From: Pyrobaculum aerophilum str. IM2
GTDB taxonomy: Archaea > Thermoproteota > Thermoprotei > Thermoproteales > Thermoproteaceae
Reading direction: 5' to 3'
Assembly: GCF_000007225.1 (NCBI RefSeq)
Contig: NC_003364.1
Location: forward strand, 1,410,001 to 1,442,000
Length of the DNA: 32,000 bases
How positions within the stretch are numbered: the first letter of the stretch is position 1; each line of letters starts with the position of its first letter. The translations under genes and the position numbers were made by a program. Of this stretch, positions 31,097 through 32,000 are shown in pieces. Under the pieces are notes generated by a model. That model saw only the letters and a list, made by a program, of their open reading frames with translations. It had not been told where the DNA came from and did not search any database.

Positions 31097-31726
31097 GTGG
31101 CTAGAGAAGCGCTGATATTAGACAGCAACGACGAGCTCGCCCAACAGCTTGCCGCCGTGCTTACGGAAAACGGGTATGTGGTGAGGATATTAGCTACTAA
31201 AGACCGTGCAAAAGTATTTGAAAAAATACCTGTATATATTCACACATTACTTGAAAACTATGAAAAAACTATTAAAGAAATAGATTTTTCACATGTTGAA
31301 ATTGCTGTATTCTCCTCCCCAAATGACGTTTTAAATCTAACGCTGGCAAAAATAGCGAGATCAAACGGAGTGCCTATAGTGATAATAACCGCCAGGACTA
31401 GCTCAGTGATAAAACAGGCAGAGGAAATGGGCATTACAGCCATAATACCCTACCACTGTGTTATATCGAGGCTACTCAGAATTCTAAATTTAAAATTCAC
31501 CAAGATTATGCCAATTAGGGACAATATCTCAATATTGGAAATGTTAATCACCTCTGACTCTAAAATACTGGGAAAAACAATAGCTGAATTAGAGGAGGAA
31601 ATAGGCGGGAAGGTATCAGTAATTAGAGGAGGGGAATTACTCACCGCGGGAGAAGCTGAGCTACAGGAGGGAGATTACTTAATAGCGGTGGGATACCACA
31701 CTGAATTACAAAAAATTACCGAGTAG
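31097..31726 (+). CDS. TrkA/RCK-domain protein (TrkA-C domain clear, N-terminal domain lacks GxGxxG)
   Basis: C-terminal SKILGKTIAELEEEIGGKVSVIRGGELLTAGEAELQEGDYLIAVG matches the TrkA-C/RCK_C pattern. GTG start. Confidence 0.65.
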   Translation: MAREALILDSNDELAQQLAAVLTENGYVVRILATKDRAKVFEKIPVYIHTLLENYEKTIKEIDFSHVEIAVFSSPNDVLNLTLAKIARSNGVPIVIITARTSSVIKQAEEMGITAIIPYHCVISRLLRILNLKFTKIMPIRDNISILEMLITSDSKILGKTIAELEEEIGGKVSVIRGGELLTAGEAELQEGDYLIAVGYHTELQKITE

Positions 31727-32000
31727 AAAACGCTTTGTCGGCGATCTCGGCATATACTCTATCTAAAATGGCGTACTTCACCTCATCCTCCTGTCTCGGA
31801 TCTTTTAGAACTCCCCTTACTACTAATAAAACGCCTCTTAGCCCAATTCTCTCCACGTCTACGTTTAATTTCTCCAAGCCGTACTCCCTCGCCACTGTGG
31901 CCACAATATCCCTCACTTTTTTCAAGTCATGTCCCCGCGGGATGTAAAGCCTAATCCTAACCTCGTGGCCTTCAGGCGTCTTAACTCTTCTAAAGGGAAA
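31716..32000 (-). CDS. Partial CDS, open to the right window edge (C-terminal 94 codons)
   Basis: The minus-strand frame of track ORF 31716-31925 stays open upstream to position 32000 (FPFRRVKTPEGHEVRIRLYIPRGHDLKKVRD...). The TTG at 31925 is therefore probably internal. Family not recognised. Confidence 0.4.
   Translation of the reverse strand, partial: FPFRRVKTPEGHEVRIRLYIPRGHDLKKVRDIVATVAREYGLEKLNVDVERIGLRGVLLVVRGVLKDPRQEDEVKYAILDRVYAEIADKAFSTR

Overview
Archaeal chromosome segment, probably from a hyperthermophilic crenarchaeon of the Pyrobaculum/Thermoproteus type. This rests on an intron-containing tRNA, a Sec61-beta gene, archaeal uL6, A/T TATA boxes about 25 nt upstream of starts (leaderless layout) and my recollection of protein families. 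No database search was possible. Positions 1-14140 and 28590-32000 hold ordinary housekeeping genes on both strands: malate dehydrogenase, NADH oxidase/CoA-disulfide reductase-like flavoprotein, thioredoxin-fold protein, UbiA prenyltransferase, MFS transporters (one frameshifted), uL6, CBS and Usp proteins, a TauE-like permease, Sec61-beta, a peptide-type ABC binding protein with two permeases, four tRNAs, an Nre-like protein, a Cys/Met PLP enzyme and a TrkA/RCK protein. The main result is a block of 18 plus-strand genes at 14332-28538, starting about 195 nt after tRNA-Ala. It encodes a MinD/ParA-like ATPase, a VirB11/PilB/FlaI-class secretion ATPase, a candidate PilC/TadC/FlaJ-type platform protein and a prepilin-like protein (RG|LTTVEALL...). 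Nine further proteins follow, each beginning with a hydrophobic helix, including a coiled-coil bitopic protein and a 1032-aa giant. Seven transcription units in this block are each preceded by the same motif, AAGGTTTTTCCCC, whose first A lies 31-32 nt upstream of the ATG. This motif differs from the TTTAWAAA boxes of the flanking host genes. I read the block as a highly divergent type IV filament-like system with its own promoter code. No integrase, att repeat, CRISPR array or IS element was seen.
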